This document shows, piece after piece, positions 8,704 to 18,321 of a DNA stretch of 64,000 nucleotides (position 1 is its first letter; each line of letters opens with the position of its first letter). A model generated the notes under the pieces. That model made no database searches. It was given only the letters and a program-made list of their open reading frames with translations, and was not told the DNA's origin. The translations under genes and the position numbers were made by a program. Source of the stretch: an uncultured archaeon (GTDB lineage Archaea; Asgardarchaeota; Thorarchaeia; Thorarchaeales; Thorarchaeaceae); assembly GCA_964558645.1 (NCBI GenBank), contig CAZLEV010000002.1:176364-240363 (forward strand), given 5' to 3'.

Positions 8704-9708
8704 CTACTCCAGAGCATCAGCAAGCTCCTGAAGCGACACGCCAGTCACATCCTGAGTTGTCCTGACGACTCTGATAGCATAGTCGCGATACTCGTTCTGA
8801 AACAGGGAGGCTGTTTCCTCGGTCTCGCTCATGATCCGATGATTGAACACAGAAGAGTAGATTCTGAGCAGATTCCAGAGCGATGAGAGCACCATGAAGT
8901 ACTCAAGTTCCTGAACCTTCTTCCCGGAGAGAGACTGGTACTGTGCCACGACTTCCTCCCGCACATCAAATCCCATTGAGCTGAGAAACATGACCGCGAA
9001 GCTCAAGTCGTACCTGCAGTCCCCCAGTCTGGTATTCGCCCAGTCGATGGTTGCAATACCATCAGAGGGTCTCACGAGATTGTTCAGCCCGTGGTAATCT
9101 GCATGCAAGAGGACAGGAGGTCCGACACCCACCTGGTTGGTCTCCATCCAGTCGATAACGGGCAAGAGGGCACCTATCCGATGTTCCTTGATAGTCCTCC
9201 TCGGAGCTGTCAACTCATTGGTGATGAAGAGCTGTGGATCTTCGGCTATGCCCATCCTGTCAAGAAAGCCGAGTCCTTCTGTCCAGTCCACCGAATGTAT
9301 CGCGACAAGATTCCTCACGAACATCTCCACCAGTTCGTTGAATCGGTGTGTGGATTGTGAGGCAAGAAGCTCCTCGGAGAGGAGGGGTCCATCGATGCGT
9401 TCCATGATGATATACGCCCTCCCGGTCACGCTGGACTCTCCATTATAGATATACGGCCGAGGAACACCCACACCCCTCGCGTAGAGATTCTGTAAGACAC
9501 GGAACTCCTTTCTTCCGGTACCAGAGGCCTGAGGGCGGTAGATTCGTAGGATGAAAGGGAGGGAATGGGAATCCGACACGAGATCAAAGCTAAAGATGGT
9601 TGTGTCAGCACCTCCAAGAATCTGCTTGAACGCGCTCAGCCCACAGTCTCGATACTCTGGATACTTCTCAGATACGAGTTCGAGAATCTCATCCCTGTAT
9701 TCACTCAT
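8704..9708 (-). CDS. APH-family phosphotransferase (aminoglycoside/choline-kinase fold)
   Basis: Catalytic loop LLHADYHGLNNLV and IDWANTRLGDCRYDLS (Brenner and DFG-equivalent motifs of the APH family). Confidence 0.8.
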   Translation of the reverse strand: MSEYRDEILELVSEKYPEYRDCGLSAFKQILGGADTTIFSFDLVSDSHSLPFILRIYRPQASGTGRKEFRVLQNLYARGVGVPRPYIYNGESSVTGRAYIIMERIDGPLLSEELLASQSTHRFNELVEMFVRNLVAIHSVDWTEGLGFLDRMGIAEDPQLFITNELTAPRRTIKEHRIGALLPVIDWMETNQVGVGPPVLLHADYHGLNNLVRPSDGIATIDWANTRLGDCRYDLSFAVMFLSSMGFDVREEVVAQYQSLSGKKVQELEYFMVLSSLWNLLRIYSSVFNHRIMSETEETASLFQNEYRDYAIRVVRTTQDVTGVSLQELADALE

Positions 9709-9924
9709 GTTGAGTCCTCCAAATAACTGTCATGCAGTACTGATTCAGGTGTCTGATAGTCATTGTGGCTCATGAAAACTTCGGAGTCGAGTGCCTTTCG
9801 TATCGCCAGGAGCAGATCTAGATGACCAGCTTGGGATTGCGCAGTATCCCTCTCGCTTTCCTTCTGCGACAACAGTTAATATCAGGGGGCACTGCCCTAT
9901 GATTGACACCGATAGGTGAGAGAG

Positions 9925-11217
9925 ATGAAGGCCAAACGGATTCTGCGATATATCTTGCTTCTGCTCTGCTATGCCATCATAGGCCTCTTTGGATTCATCA
10001 CAGTCCTCTACCTCTTCCTTGACTCATCCACGCTCGGCTGGCTCATCACTCTGATCTATCCCAGTGTTGCACCACTCCTCTTCATCCTAGTTCTGACAAG
10101 TGGAGTGATAATCATCAGGTTCTCCTTCATGAGGAAACGAAGAGAGATGGCAGTCGTTGGGGCCATCTGTACCTTCATCTTCATCGGAGCCATCATCCCC
10201 TACCCAGCGATTCCCTTTGGTCTTGCTGAGACCGAGCAGCAGATGTTGTCAGTCTATGGGACACAGTACACCGACCTAGATACTTCAGGAATGAGACCTG
10301 TTCCCTACTCAGTCTTCGACAGCCTGTTCGGGATGCCTATCGATCAGACAGGATTCAATGTCCAACACGACATACCCTATCTCGACAATGGCCAAGACAC
10401 CTTCCGCTTCGACTGGTACTGTCCTGCGGGAGAGGGTCCATTCCCCGTGATCATAGCAATCCATGGTGGTGCATGGGTTCTTGGCAACAAAGGGAGCATG
10501 AACATCCCCCTCTTCAACAAGTACTTCGCGTCGAGGGGATTTGCTGTGTTCGATATTCAATACGGGCTCTTTGACGTCTCAACCCTGCCCGAGAGTTCGT
10601 TCGGTGTGTTCTCCAATCTTGCCTCACTTACTTCCTTCACCTACAATGGGAGCTACAACATTGAGGATCAGGTCGAGAACGTAGGGTATTTCACGAAGAT
10701 GCTCGAACTCAACAGCTCAAGATACAGGGTGGACATGGGCAATGTCTTCGTTGTGGGAAGGTCGGCAGGAGGAAATCTTGCATCTCTCGTGACTCTGGGC
10801 CACAAGAACCCGTTGTTTGCAGGTAACTTCTCCACCACCATGACTGTCAGAGGGGGCATCTGGGTCTATCCGGTGACCAACATCACGAGGGATGAGTCAG
10901 GCTCCTTTGACCCCTTTGTTGAAGGAAACCTCCCTATCGAGGAGCAGTACAAGAAGCTCTTTGCAGCCTCGCTCATCTCGAACAGCACGGTTGTTCCTCC
11001 CATCATGATTGTCCATGGGAGTAAGGATGGACTGGCCGACTATGAGAGTCAGGGAGTGAGATTCTATCGGCTAGCGAATAGCCTTGGGCGCAGATGCATT
11101 CTCATCACCATCCCGTGGGCAGGACATGGCTTTGACTACAACTTCTATGGCTACGGAGGACAGATCTCGACGTACTACATTGAACGTTTTATGGCCGTAG
11201 AACTGGGAGGTGAATAG
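9925..11217 (+). CDS. Membrane-anchored alpha/beta-hydrolase (esterase/lipase, fold-3 type)
   Basis: Three N-terminal TM helices, then the oxyanion motif IAIHGGAWVLG and the nucleophile elbow GRSAGGNLA. The ATG at 9925 is preceded by ggtgagagag; the ORF track starts at a GTG at 9916. Confidence 0.8.
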   Translation: MKAKRILRYILLLLCYAIIGLFGFITVLYLFLDSSTLGWLITLIYPSVAPLLFILVLTSGVIIIRFSFMRKRREMAVVGAICTFIFIGAIIPYPAIPFGLAETEQQMLSVYGTQYTDLDTSGMRPVPYSVFDSLFGMPIDQTGFNVQHDIPYLDNGQDTFRFDWYCPAGEGPFPVIIAIHGGAWVLGNKGSMNIPLFNKYFASRGFAVFDIQYGLFDVSTLPESSFGVFSNLASLTSFTYNGSYNIEDQVENVGYFTKMLELNSSRYRVDMGNVFVVGRSAGGNLASLVTLGHKNPLFAGNFSTTMTVRGGIWVYPVTNITRDESGSFDPFVEGNLPIEEQYKKLFAASLISNSTVVPPIMIVHGSKDGLADYESQGVRFYRLANSLGRRCILITIPWAGHGFDYNFYGYGGQISTYYIERFMAVELGGE

Positions 11218-11219
11218 GT

Positions 11220-11648
11220 GTGCAGGCGATAGAACATCTCACAAGCCGCACAGTGCTGAGGATATACTCGTTCCTGACGTCGTTGATATTGACCCTCAGT
11301 ATTCTTTTGTCTCAATTCGGTACCATGGGCAGTTTCCTGATCCAATCGACCGCGTCGGCAACAATCGTTGTTGGGACCCTTCTCATGCTATTCCAAATCC
11401 TGCTGGCCATTCAGCTAGCAGACAGAAATGACAATGTCGGATGGGTCCTCCATCTGTTCGCATATGTGACATTGTTAGTCATGATATTCTCATTTCTCTC
11501 AGTGGTCGGAGCCACGTTTCTCTCGTCCTTTTCCGTCGTCGGAGGGAATCTCATGGTCATTGCTGTGATTGGGTATACCATGCAGGCCAGCTTTGGAATA
11601 TGCCTTTCAGCAGTCTGCTATCACTTCCTACAGATTGAAGAGGCCTGA
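11220..11648 (+). CDS. Membrane protein, unknown function (142 aa)
   Basis: Four hydrophobic helices. Starts 3 nt after the hydrolase stop. Confidence 0.5.
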   Translation: MQAIEHLTSRTVLRIYSFLTSLILTLSILLSQFGTMGSFLIQSTASATIVVGTLLMLFQILLAIQLADRNDNVGWVLHLFAYVTLLVMIFSFLSVVGATFLSSFSVVGGNLMVIAVIGYTMQASFGICLSAVCYHFLQIEEA

Positions 11649-11803
11649 CAGAAGTAGTCGATAGAAGGCGTCGGATATACTGCAACGAGATTTCTCTCTC
11701 CAAATGTGCTTAGCGGTACAGGAGTATGTTCAGGAACCTCGCGATCGGCCATTCATCCTCTTTGAGGCTTTTCCACCGTGGTTAATCTGCCACATCTGGA
11801 CCC

Positions 11804-12418
11804 TTACGCAGGATAACCAACTGTCTGAGCAAACAGAACCCGCTGAGTGGGACGGAGGTCGAACTCGGCTCTGACACGATCTCTATCGCAGTTATGGAAC
11901 CATGTTGCCAGTCCCTCCAACGCAGCAAAGAGGTGGACGTTCTGCACGATGAATCCAGTATCTGTATAGTAGTACGATTTCTGGACTTCTAGGTCACCAA
12001 TGAGGGGGTCAGGCGGCGCAGGCCCAAGGTCATACCGTGAGAAACCTGCGACATAGAAGATGTTCACAGGGGCGTCCTTGGTGAGCTTTGATGTTCCACG
12101 GTTGATGGACAGCGTGCGAAAGTCCGCGTCAGCAATGGGGATCAGCTGATGAGGAGCTGTCTCATACTGGAGACCGTCCTTCAGAGCGACATAGAGACCG
12201 ACCCCCTGTGAGTTGCTTGCCGATGCAGCCGTGCGGCCGGGTCTGCCAAAAGATGCCTTCTCACGATTCACTCGGAAAACCGCCCAGAGGATGTTTGAGA
12301 GGACCTGTAGTGGAAGTTCTCTTGGACCGATTTTCCGGGTGGTCTGCCTGAGTTGCAGGGTTTCCAGTAGGGGCTTACCACCTCCTCTCTCAGGATCTAC
12401 TAAGATGATTGGATCCAT
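11804..12418 (-). CDS. Nitroreductase-family protein (204 aa)
   Basis: LRQTTRKIGPRELPLQVLSNILWA and a C-terminal FAQTVGYPA, matching the layout of SagB-type / nitroreductase-fold proteins. Confidence 0.6.
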   Translation of the reverse strand: MDPIILVDPERGGGKPLLETLQLRQTTRKIGPRELPLQVLSNILWAVFRVNREKASFGRPGRTAASASNSQGVGLYVALKDGLQYETAPHQLIPIADADFRTLSINRGTSKLTKDAPVNIFYVAGFSRYDLGPAPPDPLIGDLEVQKSYYYTDTGFIVQNVHLFAALEGLATWFHNCDRDRVRAEFDLRPTQRVLFAQTVGYPA

Positions 12419-12426
12419 CGTGCATC

Positions 12427-13257
12427 CTACTCCGCCTCTAGGTCACATTTCTGATAGACAGCGTCGATGCCACCGCCCACAATCTCGATGTCATCTATCT
12501 CTCCCATGCCGGCCTCATGGAGCCAGCGTATATGGCCTGTGGTATAGGAATCGATGCCGTTGCATCTGTGCACCTGTTGCATCTACGGCCACCGGGTCGA
12601 CACAGGCTATGATTGTGTCCATCTTCACCGGTATGCCACTCCATGGCCCCCTGCCGGACTTACCGAAGAAGCCATCGATGAAACTGAGAGTGGGTGGTAG
12701 AGTCTTGCAGATGTTGTAGACGAAGTTGTTGGTTCCGAACTTTTGCATGGCGTATTTGTTACGGGTCGTGGCATACCGAACATGTTCTTCAGACCCATCG
12801 TGATTGTTGTATGACCCAGTGTCTTCATGCTTGGTACAGTGATGATAGCTGACTATACAGCGAGCCGGGCTACGTCGAACCTCTCAATGGCACGATGACC
12901 CTCTACCTCCATTTCGACCGCGTCACCGAGCCTTCCTGTGTTGATGTACTCAGAACCCAGTCGCTCGATAACTTCCATCATACCTGTTTCAACGATTGCC
13001 CCGTCTGGTGATGAGATCCCACCCTCCGTTTCAACCACTATGGCCTTCTTGTCGAGTTCCATGACCTTCATGATCACAGCTTCCACCACTACAGGGTCGG
13101 TTGTTATGCCCCTCTCGAAGGTGTGGTTTGTGATCAGATTCGGTTTCACTAAGACAGTGTCATAGGGGGAAGGAACCTCCCCGAAAGGTATCAGCCCCAT
13201 TGCCCTGAATACGGGTTCAACTCCACGTTCTCCCTTCACAACAGCTACCAGAGACAT
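12427..13257 (-). pseudogene. DUF362-domain protein disrupted by several frameshifts
   Basis: The N-terminal part is intact (12853..13257: VVKGE...VLVKPNL...DPVVVEAV). The rest of the domain is spread over three other frames: 12625..12828 (GLKNMFG), 12515..12748 (GRGPWSGIPVKMDTIIACVDPVAVDATGA), and my translation of 12427..12560 (GIDSYTTGHIRWLHEAGMGEIDDIEIVGGG...*). Confidence 0.65.
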
Positions 13258-13480
13258 GGCACCATTTATAGCGAATCAGGCATTTAAGTCTTGGAAGGGA
13301 TAGAGGATGTTCCTTGTGACAATCCTATGATTCTGGCAGTCTTCTTACATAGATGTGTTCTCTACTGCTGAGAGCTGCAGATGTGATTTCTGGCCGCCAG
13401 ACAGAAATGACAAACTACAAGTTTAACAGCAAAGAAGGTGATAGAAGAATGTCAGAAAGAATCAGGATGGTGGTTTTTCA

Positions 13481-13705
13481 ATGCAAGTAGAATACGACCA
13501 GGTTGCAGATGCCGTCTACTTCAGACTGAGAGGAGAAAAGGTGGTGGAGAGTGTTGAGATTTCTGACGGAGTAGTTGTCGACTACGATGCTAAGGGGGAG
13601 ATCTGTGGTATTGAGATTCTTGCCTTTTCAAAGAAGGAGCTAGATCTCAACAGGCTGGTGAAGCTTCGGGACGAAGAGCTGGTCGCTGAGGTTGCTACGG
13701 CGTGA
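13481..13705 (+). CDS. DUF2283-family protein (putative antitoxin)
   Basis: MQVEYDQVADAVYFRL...VVVDYDAKGEICGIEIL is the canonical DUF2283 pattern. Confidence 0.8.
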   Translation: MQVEYDQVADAVYFRLRGEKVVESVEISDGVVVDYDAKGEICGIEILAFSKKELDLNRLVKLRDEELVAEVATA

Positions 13706-13944
13706 TTGTCTTCACGAAGCATGCCCTCGAGAGAATGAGGCAACGTAGCATCACCAGGGATGAGGTTGTTCTAGTGTTAGCCAAATCAGATGAGAGTTTG
13801 ACTGATAGATCTGGACACTCGATTGCTCAGATGGAGCGCAATGGAAAGATTCTGAGAGTCTTCTTCACTGAGAGAGATGACAACATCATTGTAATCACGG
13901 TCTACAAGACAAGCAAAGAGAAGTACAGAATAGAGCAGACCTAG
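13702..13944 (+). CDS. DUF4258-family protein (putative toxin)
   Basis: FTKHALERMRQRSITRDEV...ILRVFFTERDDNIIVITVYK. A GTGA start/stop overlap with the DUF2283 gene suggests translational coupling. Confidence 0.75.
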   Translation: MIVFTKHALERMRQRSITRDEVVLVLAKSDESLTDRSGHSIAQMERNGKILRVFFTERDDNIIVITVYKTSKEKYRIEQT

Positions 13945-13982
13945 ATTATAGTGGCGTAAGAGGTTTCTGGCTTGGGGTATAG

Positions 13983-14040
13983 CAACAGCTACAGAAAACT
14001 TGGGCAAAGTTGGACATCTCAGACTAGGATTTCAGAGCGA
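13983..14040 (+). repeat. Partial (5'-end) copy of the dispersed repeat family also seen at 19085..19355 and 53637..53830
   Basis: gcaacagctacagaaaacttgggcaaagttggacat aligns with ccaacagctaccgaaaacgtggacagagttgggcat at 53637. Confidence 0.5.
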
Positions 14041-14188
14041 TGTTTTCAGTCAACACTGGAGTACAGACCTGTACTCAGCATCCGGTCGCACTTTTGAAAC
14101 CATCAATGTACTATCAGACGCCAAGACTGCTCGCGCTTCTTGCCTCCTCTCAGGGCTTAAAGACCTTCTATGTCAGCTTCAGCATTCA

Positions 14189-14677
14189 TCAAGACGTTGG
14201 AATGAGGCCGAACCTTGTCACCAGCAGTACCATAGCACCAGCAGCCATGAGTCCAAGCCCAAAGACAATGACATTATTGTTGACACCGAGAGTCGTGAGT
14301 ATCACGTCCATGAATAGCGATTCGTCGGAGTCCGTCACAAACACAAGAGCATAATAACCCGGGGAGGGTATTCCCACTATGTCAACAAACGAGGTTATGT
14401 TCTCAGCAGCAAATAGGGGGGACAGAAGACTTAGTGACTTGTTCTGTACAATGGTCTCGTTGGCGTCCTGCCATGTCACGAGGTACATCGAGAATTCGAC
14501 AGGTCTGAAGGGCTGGGTTGCGTTGACATGGATGTCTTGATTAGTTCCAAACACGAGGCCCTCAGGGGAGCCCCTCTGGACAGAAACATATGTGGGATAG
14601 ACATGTGTACCGTTACCGACTCCTGTCGCTAGGCAGACTAGTCCGACTAGGAACAAGGCGTAAGCTAATCGCTTCAC
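14189..14677 (-). CDS. Bitopic exported protein (162 aa), ABC-cassette accessory, paralog of 18318..18821
   Basis: An N-terminal signal/anchor, a C-terminal TM helix, and the shared core YLVTWQDANETIVQ...PSPGYYALVF. Confidence 0.65.
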   Translation of the reverse strand: MKRLAYALFLVGLVCLATGVGNGTHVYPTYVSVQRGSPEGLVFGTNQDIHVNATQPFRPVEFSMYLVTWQDANETIVQNKSLSLLSPLFAAENITSFVDIVGIPSPGYYALVFVTDSDESLFMDVILTTLGVNNNVIVFGLGLMAAGAMVLLVTRFGLIPTS

Positions 14678-14686
14678 ATCAACACC

Positions 14687-15466
14687 TCAGAACTCTGTCC
14701 TTTTGAAGACCCAGATGCTGACGAAGAGGACTACAAGGCCTAATCCAACAGATACAGCAAGGCCGGTAAGTATGTCAGGAACCGAGATCATGCCATAACG
14801 GCCGGTCAGGAAGCCGAGTGTAGTACTCAGAGGAAGAAGTAACGCCAAAAACATAGGGGCAATTTCCAAGCTCCCCAGTAGGGTGAAGGACACTATCCAG
14901 TAAGCACTCCCTACTACTAGAGTCGATGACACCTTCTTAGTGACGACCGCGATAGGTGTAGACACAGCACAGAGAACGAACACTTGTGCCCATACGCCGC
15001 TGATTACAAGGCCTAGACTCTCCAGAGACGGAAAACCCGGGATGACAAGCCATACTACACACAGAAGAGCTGTTGTGATTGTCGAAGCCAGTAACAAGAC
15101 CATTAGCACCACTTTCGTCAGAACCAGCTCTAGCCTCTTGATGGGATAGGTGAGGAGTGTCCGCACATAGCCGTCCTCTATGGGACCCGCTATTGAAAGG
15201 GCCACTAAGACAGGTACTATGATTCCTAGCCAGATGGCCCATAGACTCATACTCGTTTCCATCACGATTTCTGGTGAAGCGAATATGACCTGGGAGAAGC
15301 GGTCATAGTGTCCGACACCAAAAGGCATCACAGGCCAGACAGTAAATGAGTTCCAAAATGTCCCAAGAAAAATGACGCCTATGACCCCCTCTGCTATTGG
15401 ATATCTGTAAGCGGAACCAGTCTCAATTCTTAGTACAGCTAGGATCCGTTCAGTCCATTCCTTCAT
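14687..15466 (-). CDS. ABC-2 type transporter permease (259 aa)
   Basis: Six TM helices. Paralog of 17539..18321 (YRYPIAEG..., EDGY.RTLLTYP.R). A 17-nt overlap with the ATPase gene. Confidence 0.8.
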   Translation of the reverse strand: MKEWTERILAVLRIETGSAYRYPIAEGVIGVIFLGTFWNSFTVWPVMPFGVGHYDRFSQVIFASPEIVMETSMSLWAIWLGIIVPVLVALSIAGPIEDGYVRTLLTYPIKRLELVLTKVVLMVLLLASTITTALLCVVWLVIPGFPSLESLGLVISGVWAQVFVLCAVSTPIAVVTKKVSSTLVVGSAYWIVSFTLLGSLEIAPMFLALLLPLSTTLGFLTGRYGMISVPDILTGLAVSVGLGLVVLFVSIWVFKRTEF

Positions 15467-16370
15467 AGATTACCTCCTTAAATGCATCTTCTAGGGCAGA
15501 TGACTCCTCAATACTGAAGACCTTCACCCCAGTCCTTGCTGCTTCTTGCTCAATGGTTCCGAGTACGTCCCTGATATCACCTTCAATCTTGATACTGACA
15601 GTATTTGGCCCCATGGTTCGGACGTCGAGTAGCCCCTCTGCACCAGTCAGCTCCTCAGCTAGTGTGTGTGCTTCAGAGCACCTTATGATATACCTGTCCT
15701 TGGTGTATTTCTGGATGAGGTCATAAGTATCACCGTGCTCGACGATAAGCCCTTCTTTGATGAAGGCAATCCTGTTACATACTCGTTGCACTTCTGAGAG
15801 TATATGAGAGGTGATAACAAAGGAAACCCCGGTCTCATTGTGCAGGTCATAGATCAGGTCCAAGACCTTTTCACGTCCCAGGACATCGAGGTTGGAGGTG
15901 GGCTCATCTAGGAACACCAGTTCGGGGTCTCCAGCAAATGCCAGGGCGATGCCCAGCCGCTGCCTCATACCAGCAGACAGGTCTCTTATCCTACGGCCCC
16001 CTATGTCCACAAGCCCGATCATCTCCAGGAGCTGTTTGGGGTTAACTTCACTTCTATAGAAACGCTTTACTTGGTACAGATAATCAATAGGAAGCATATG
16101 AGCAGGAACGACTGTCCGTTCATGAAGCACACCAATCTTCTGCCTAATCTTTAGACTTTCAGTCCTCACGTCCATCCCAAGTACCTCTGCACTCCCTGCA
16201 TCAAAGGGCACGAGGCCAAGTAGAATACGGAGTAGCGTTGTCTTTCCGGCGCCATTTGGACCAATAAGACCAAAAATCCCGGGGGCGATTGTCAAATCAA
16301 TACCATTGAGTGCTTTGACGTCTCCAAACGTCTTCTTGGCATCTGAAACGGAAACGACCAAAGGACTCAT
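15450..16370 (-). CDS. ABC transporter ATP-binding protein (ABC-2/NosF-CcmA-like, 306 aa)
   Basis: Walker A GPNGAGKTT, signature LSAGMRQRL, Walker B LVFLDEPTSNLD. Confidence 0.95.
   Translation of the reverse strand: MSPLVVSVSDAKKTFGDVKALNGIDLTIAPGIFGLIGPNGAGKTTLLRILLGLVPFDAGSAEVLGMDVRTESLKIRQKIGVLHERTVVPAHMLPIDYLYQVKRFYRSEVNPKQLLEMIGLVDIGGRRIRDLSAGMRQRLGIALAFAGDPELVFLDEPTSNLDVLGREKVLDLIYDLHNETGVSFVITSHILSEVQRVCNRIAFIKEGLIVEHGDTYDLIQKYTKDRYIIRCSEAHTLAEELTGAEGLLDVRTMGPNTVSIKIEGDIRDVLGTIEQEAARTGVKVFSIEESSALEDAFKEVIYEGMD
15871..15968 (-). repeat. 98-bp tract perfectly identical (inverted) to 17036..17133
   Basis: Checked base by base: atgaggcagcggctgggcatcgcc...gatgtcctgggacgtga. It covers the signature-to-Walker-B region of both ATPase paralogs. 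Confidence 0.95.
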
Positions 16371-16630
16371 AGTTACATCCCTCTGTATCCAGAATTATGT
16401 GATACAACCACATCAGACTACAACGAAATCCCAGTCAACCTGATGACCGTTGCCCGTGACCACTGACCATCATTACAATAGGGCCAGATACTTATGTCTT
16501 CTGTCGCTCTTGGCCTTGTGTAGAAAATCAATAACGGTGGTCTGGCTGGGACAAGTCACATCATGTCCATGTACGGATCCTAGACCCTATCTCTTCCTTT
16601 GGTAGAAAAGAAGGATAAATGTGATGAAGA

Positions 16631-17542
16631 ATGACACCAAACAAACCGATAGTTATAGATTCCTTGACGAAGACCTTTGATGAGATCATTGCCCTTGATG
16701 ACCTGAGCCTCAGTACAGAGGCAGGTGTACTCGGACTCATTGGCCCAAATGGAGCAGGGAAGACCACACTGCTCCGAACACTGCTAGGGTTGATAGCGCC
16801 AGATTCTGGAAGAGCTATGGTCCTTGGCTTGGACGTGGAAGAGTCTTCATTAGAAATAAGAGGACGTATTGGTGTATTGCATGAGAGGATGGTGTTCCCT
16901 GCACAAATGGAGGCGCGTGAGTATCTGAGTGATGTCGTCGGACTCTATGATGGGGTGCAAGAACCTGACGACCTCCTTGGAATGGTCGGCCTAGGAGCTG
17001 CTGCGGGCAGACAGATAGGCAACTTTTCCGCAGGGATGAGGCAGCGGCTGGGCATCGCCCTGGCATTTGCTGGAGACCCCGAACTGGTGTTCCTAGATGA
17101 GCCCACCTCCAACCTCGATGTCCTGGGACGTGACCAGATACTAGGACTGATTGTTGACCTCTATCAGGAGTCTGGTGTGTCCTTCATCATAGCATCTCAT
17201 GTGCTCTCTGAACTTGAAAGGGTCTGTAGTCATGTGGCCTTCATCGACAGGGGGAGGATACTCGAGCATGGCACTACCAATGGTGTGATCCAACGCCATG
17301 GAGGAAACAAGTTCAGGATACTCTGTTCTGACTCTGACAAGCTACTCTCTTATGTGAAACAAATGGATTCTGTGCGGTTCATCCAGCGGCTCGGGACTAC
17401 GGGGATCCAGGTAGAGATTGAAGACGACCCACAAAGGGTCCTGGAACAGCTGGGTGAGTTCGCTGAGTCTGTAGGGGTGAAGTTCTATGGCCTTGAGAAG
17501 TCAGCAACACTTGAAGACGCATTCAAGGGGGCGATATCATGA
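16631..17542 (+). CDS. ABC transporter ATP-binding protein, paralog of 15450..16370
   Basis: Walker A GPNGAGKTT, FSAGMRQRL, LVFLDEPTSNLD. Confidence 0.95.
   Translation: MTPNKPIVIDSLTKTFDEIIALDDLSLSTEAGVLGLIGPNGAGKTTLLRTLLGLIAPDSGRAMVLGLDVEESSLEIRGRIGVLHERMVFPAQMEAREYLSDVVGLYDGVQEPDDLLGMVGLGAAAGRQIGNFSAGMRQRLGIALAFAGDPELVFLDEPTSNLDVLGRDQILGLIVDLYQESGVSFIIASHVLSELERVCSHVAFIDRGRILEHGTTNGVIQRHGGNKFRILCSDSDKLLSYVKQMDSVRFIQRLGTTGIQVEIEDDPQRVLEQLGEFAESVGVKFYGLEKSATLEDAFKGAIS
17036..17133 (+). repeat. 98-bp tract perfectly identical (inverted) to 15871..15968
   Basis: See the partner entry. Confidence 0.95.
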
Positions 17543-18321
17543 AGTCACGACTGAAACACATGTTTCATCTGGCTAGAGTCGAACTTGCGCTCTATTACCG
17601 TTTTCCTATCGTAGAAGGGCTGGCAGCAACGGTGTTCTTCATTATCCTCTATAACACCTATGCTATAGGTGGACAGAGTGGGAGCATCACAATTGGCGAT
17701 TACGATAGGGTATCGGAATTCATGGGCCAAATAACATCCCGCACACTCAACTCGGGACTGATAGGGTTCTACAACTTGCTGGTCCTCTTTATCCCGTTCG
17801 TTGTCTCGTTTGCCATCGCAAGACCATACGAAGACGGATACTTCCGTACATTGCTGACATACCCTACTAGGAGAAGTCAAGTCTTTATCATGAAAGTCGT
17901 AGTCGCAATCATCATTCCAGCCACACTGGTCACCACAGCCCTCCTCAGCTCAGTGTCTTTCGTGTTTCAGGTAGCTCCAACACTAAACCAGACAGCAGCA
18001 ATCATAGCTGGTATATGGTTGTTTGTGCTAGTCCAGGTGTCTCTGGTCACCTTCGTGGCCACACTGACAGAACGACTCTCTATAACATTGATAGCAAATG
18101 CCGGGTATTGGATTGCGGTCACAGCCCTGGTGGCGAACCCGGGCCTGCATCCGGTACTAATCGGACTCCTCCATCCAATCAGAGCTGCGGCCGGGTATGT
18201 GGGTCTACTCCCGACTCCCTTCACTCTCACAGACCTAGTTGTCGGTGGATTCCTGAACCTAGTCCTCTGTGTGTTCTTACTCGCCTTCAGTCTGTATACT
18301 TTCAGGAGAGCCGAGCTATGA
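17539..18321 (+). CDS. ABC-2 type transporter permease, paralog of 14687..15466
   Basis: Six TM helices. ATGA overlaps at both ends. Confidence 0.8.
   Translation: MKSRLKHMFHLARVELALYYRFPIVEGLAATVFFIILYNTYAIGGQSGSITIGDYDRVSEFMGQITSRTLNSGLIGFYNLLVLFIPFVVSFAIARPYEDGYFRTLLTYPTRRSQVFIMKVVVAIIIPATLVTTALLSSVSFVFQVAPTLNQTAAIIAGIWLFVLVQVSLVTFVATLTERLSITLIANAGYWIAVTALVANPGLHPVLIGLLHPIRAAAGYVGLLPTPFTLTDLVVGGFLNLVLCVFLLAFSLYTFRRAEL

Noticed and set aside
8533-8886. 117-aa plus-strand ORF between the cysteine-synthase-like and APH genes
   Set aside because: It overlaps the 3' end of the APH gene on the opposite strand. Its upstream part is more likely the promoter/leader of the transsulfuration pair.
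12213-12719. 168-aa plus-strand ORF spanning the nitroreductase/DUF362 junction
   Set aside because: It is antisense to recognisable coding sequence on the minus strand. It is Arg/Cys/Ser-rich and has no start context.
18015-18317. N-terminal 101-aa extension of the accessory-protein ORF
   Set aside because: It lies inside the permease gene in another frame. The ATG at 18318 overlaps the permease stop (ATGA) and gives a proper signal/anchor matching the paralog.
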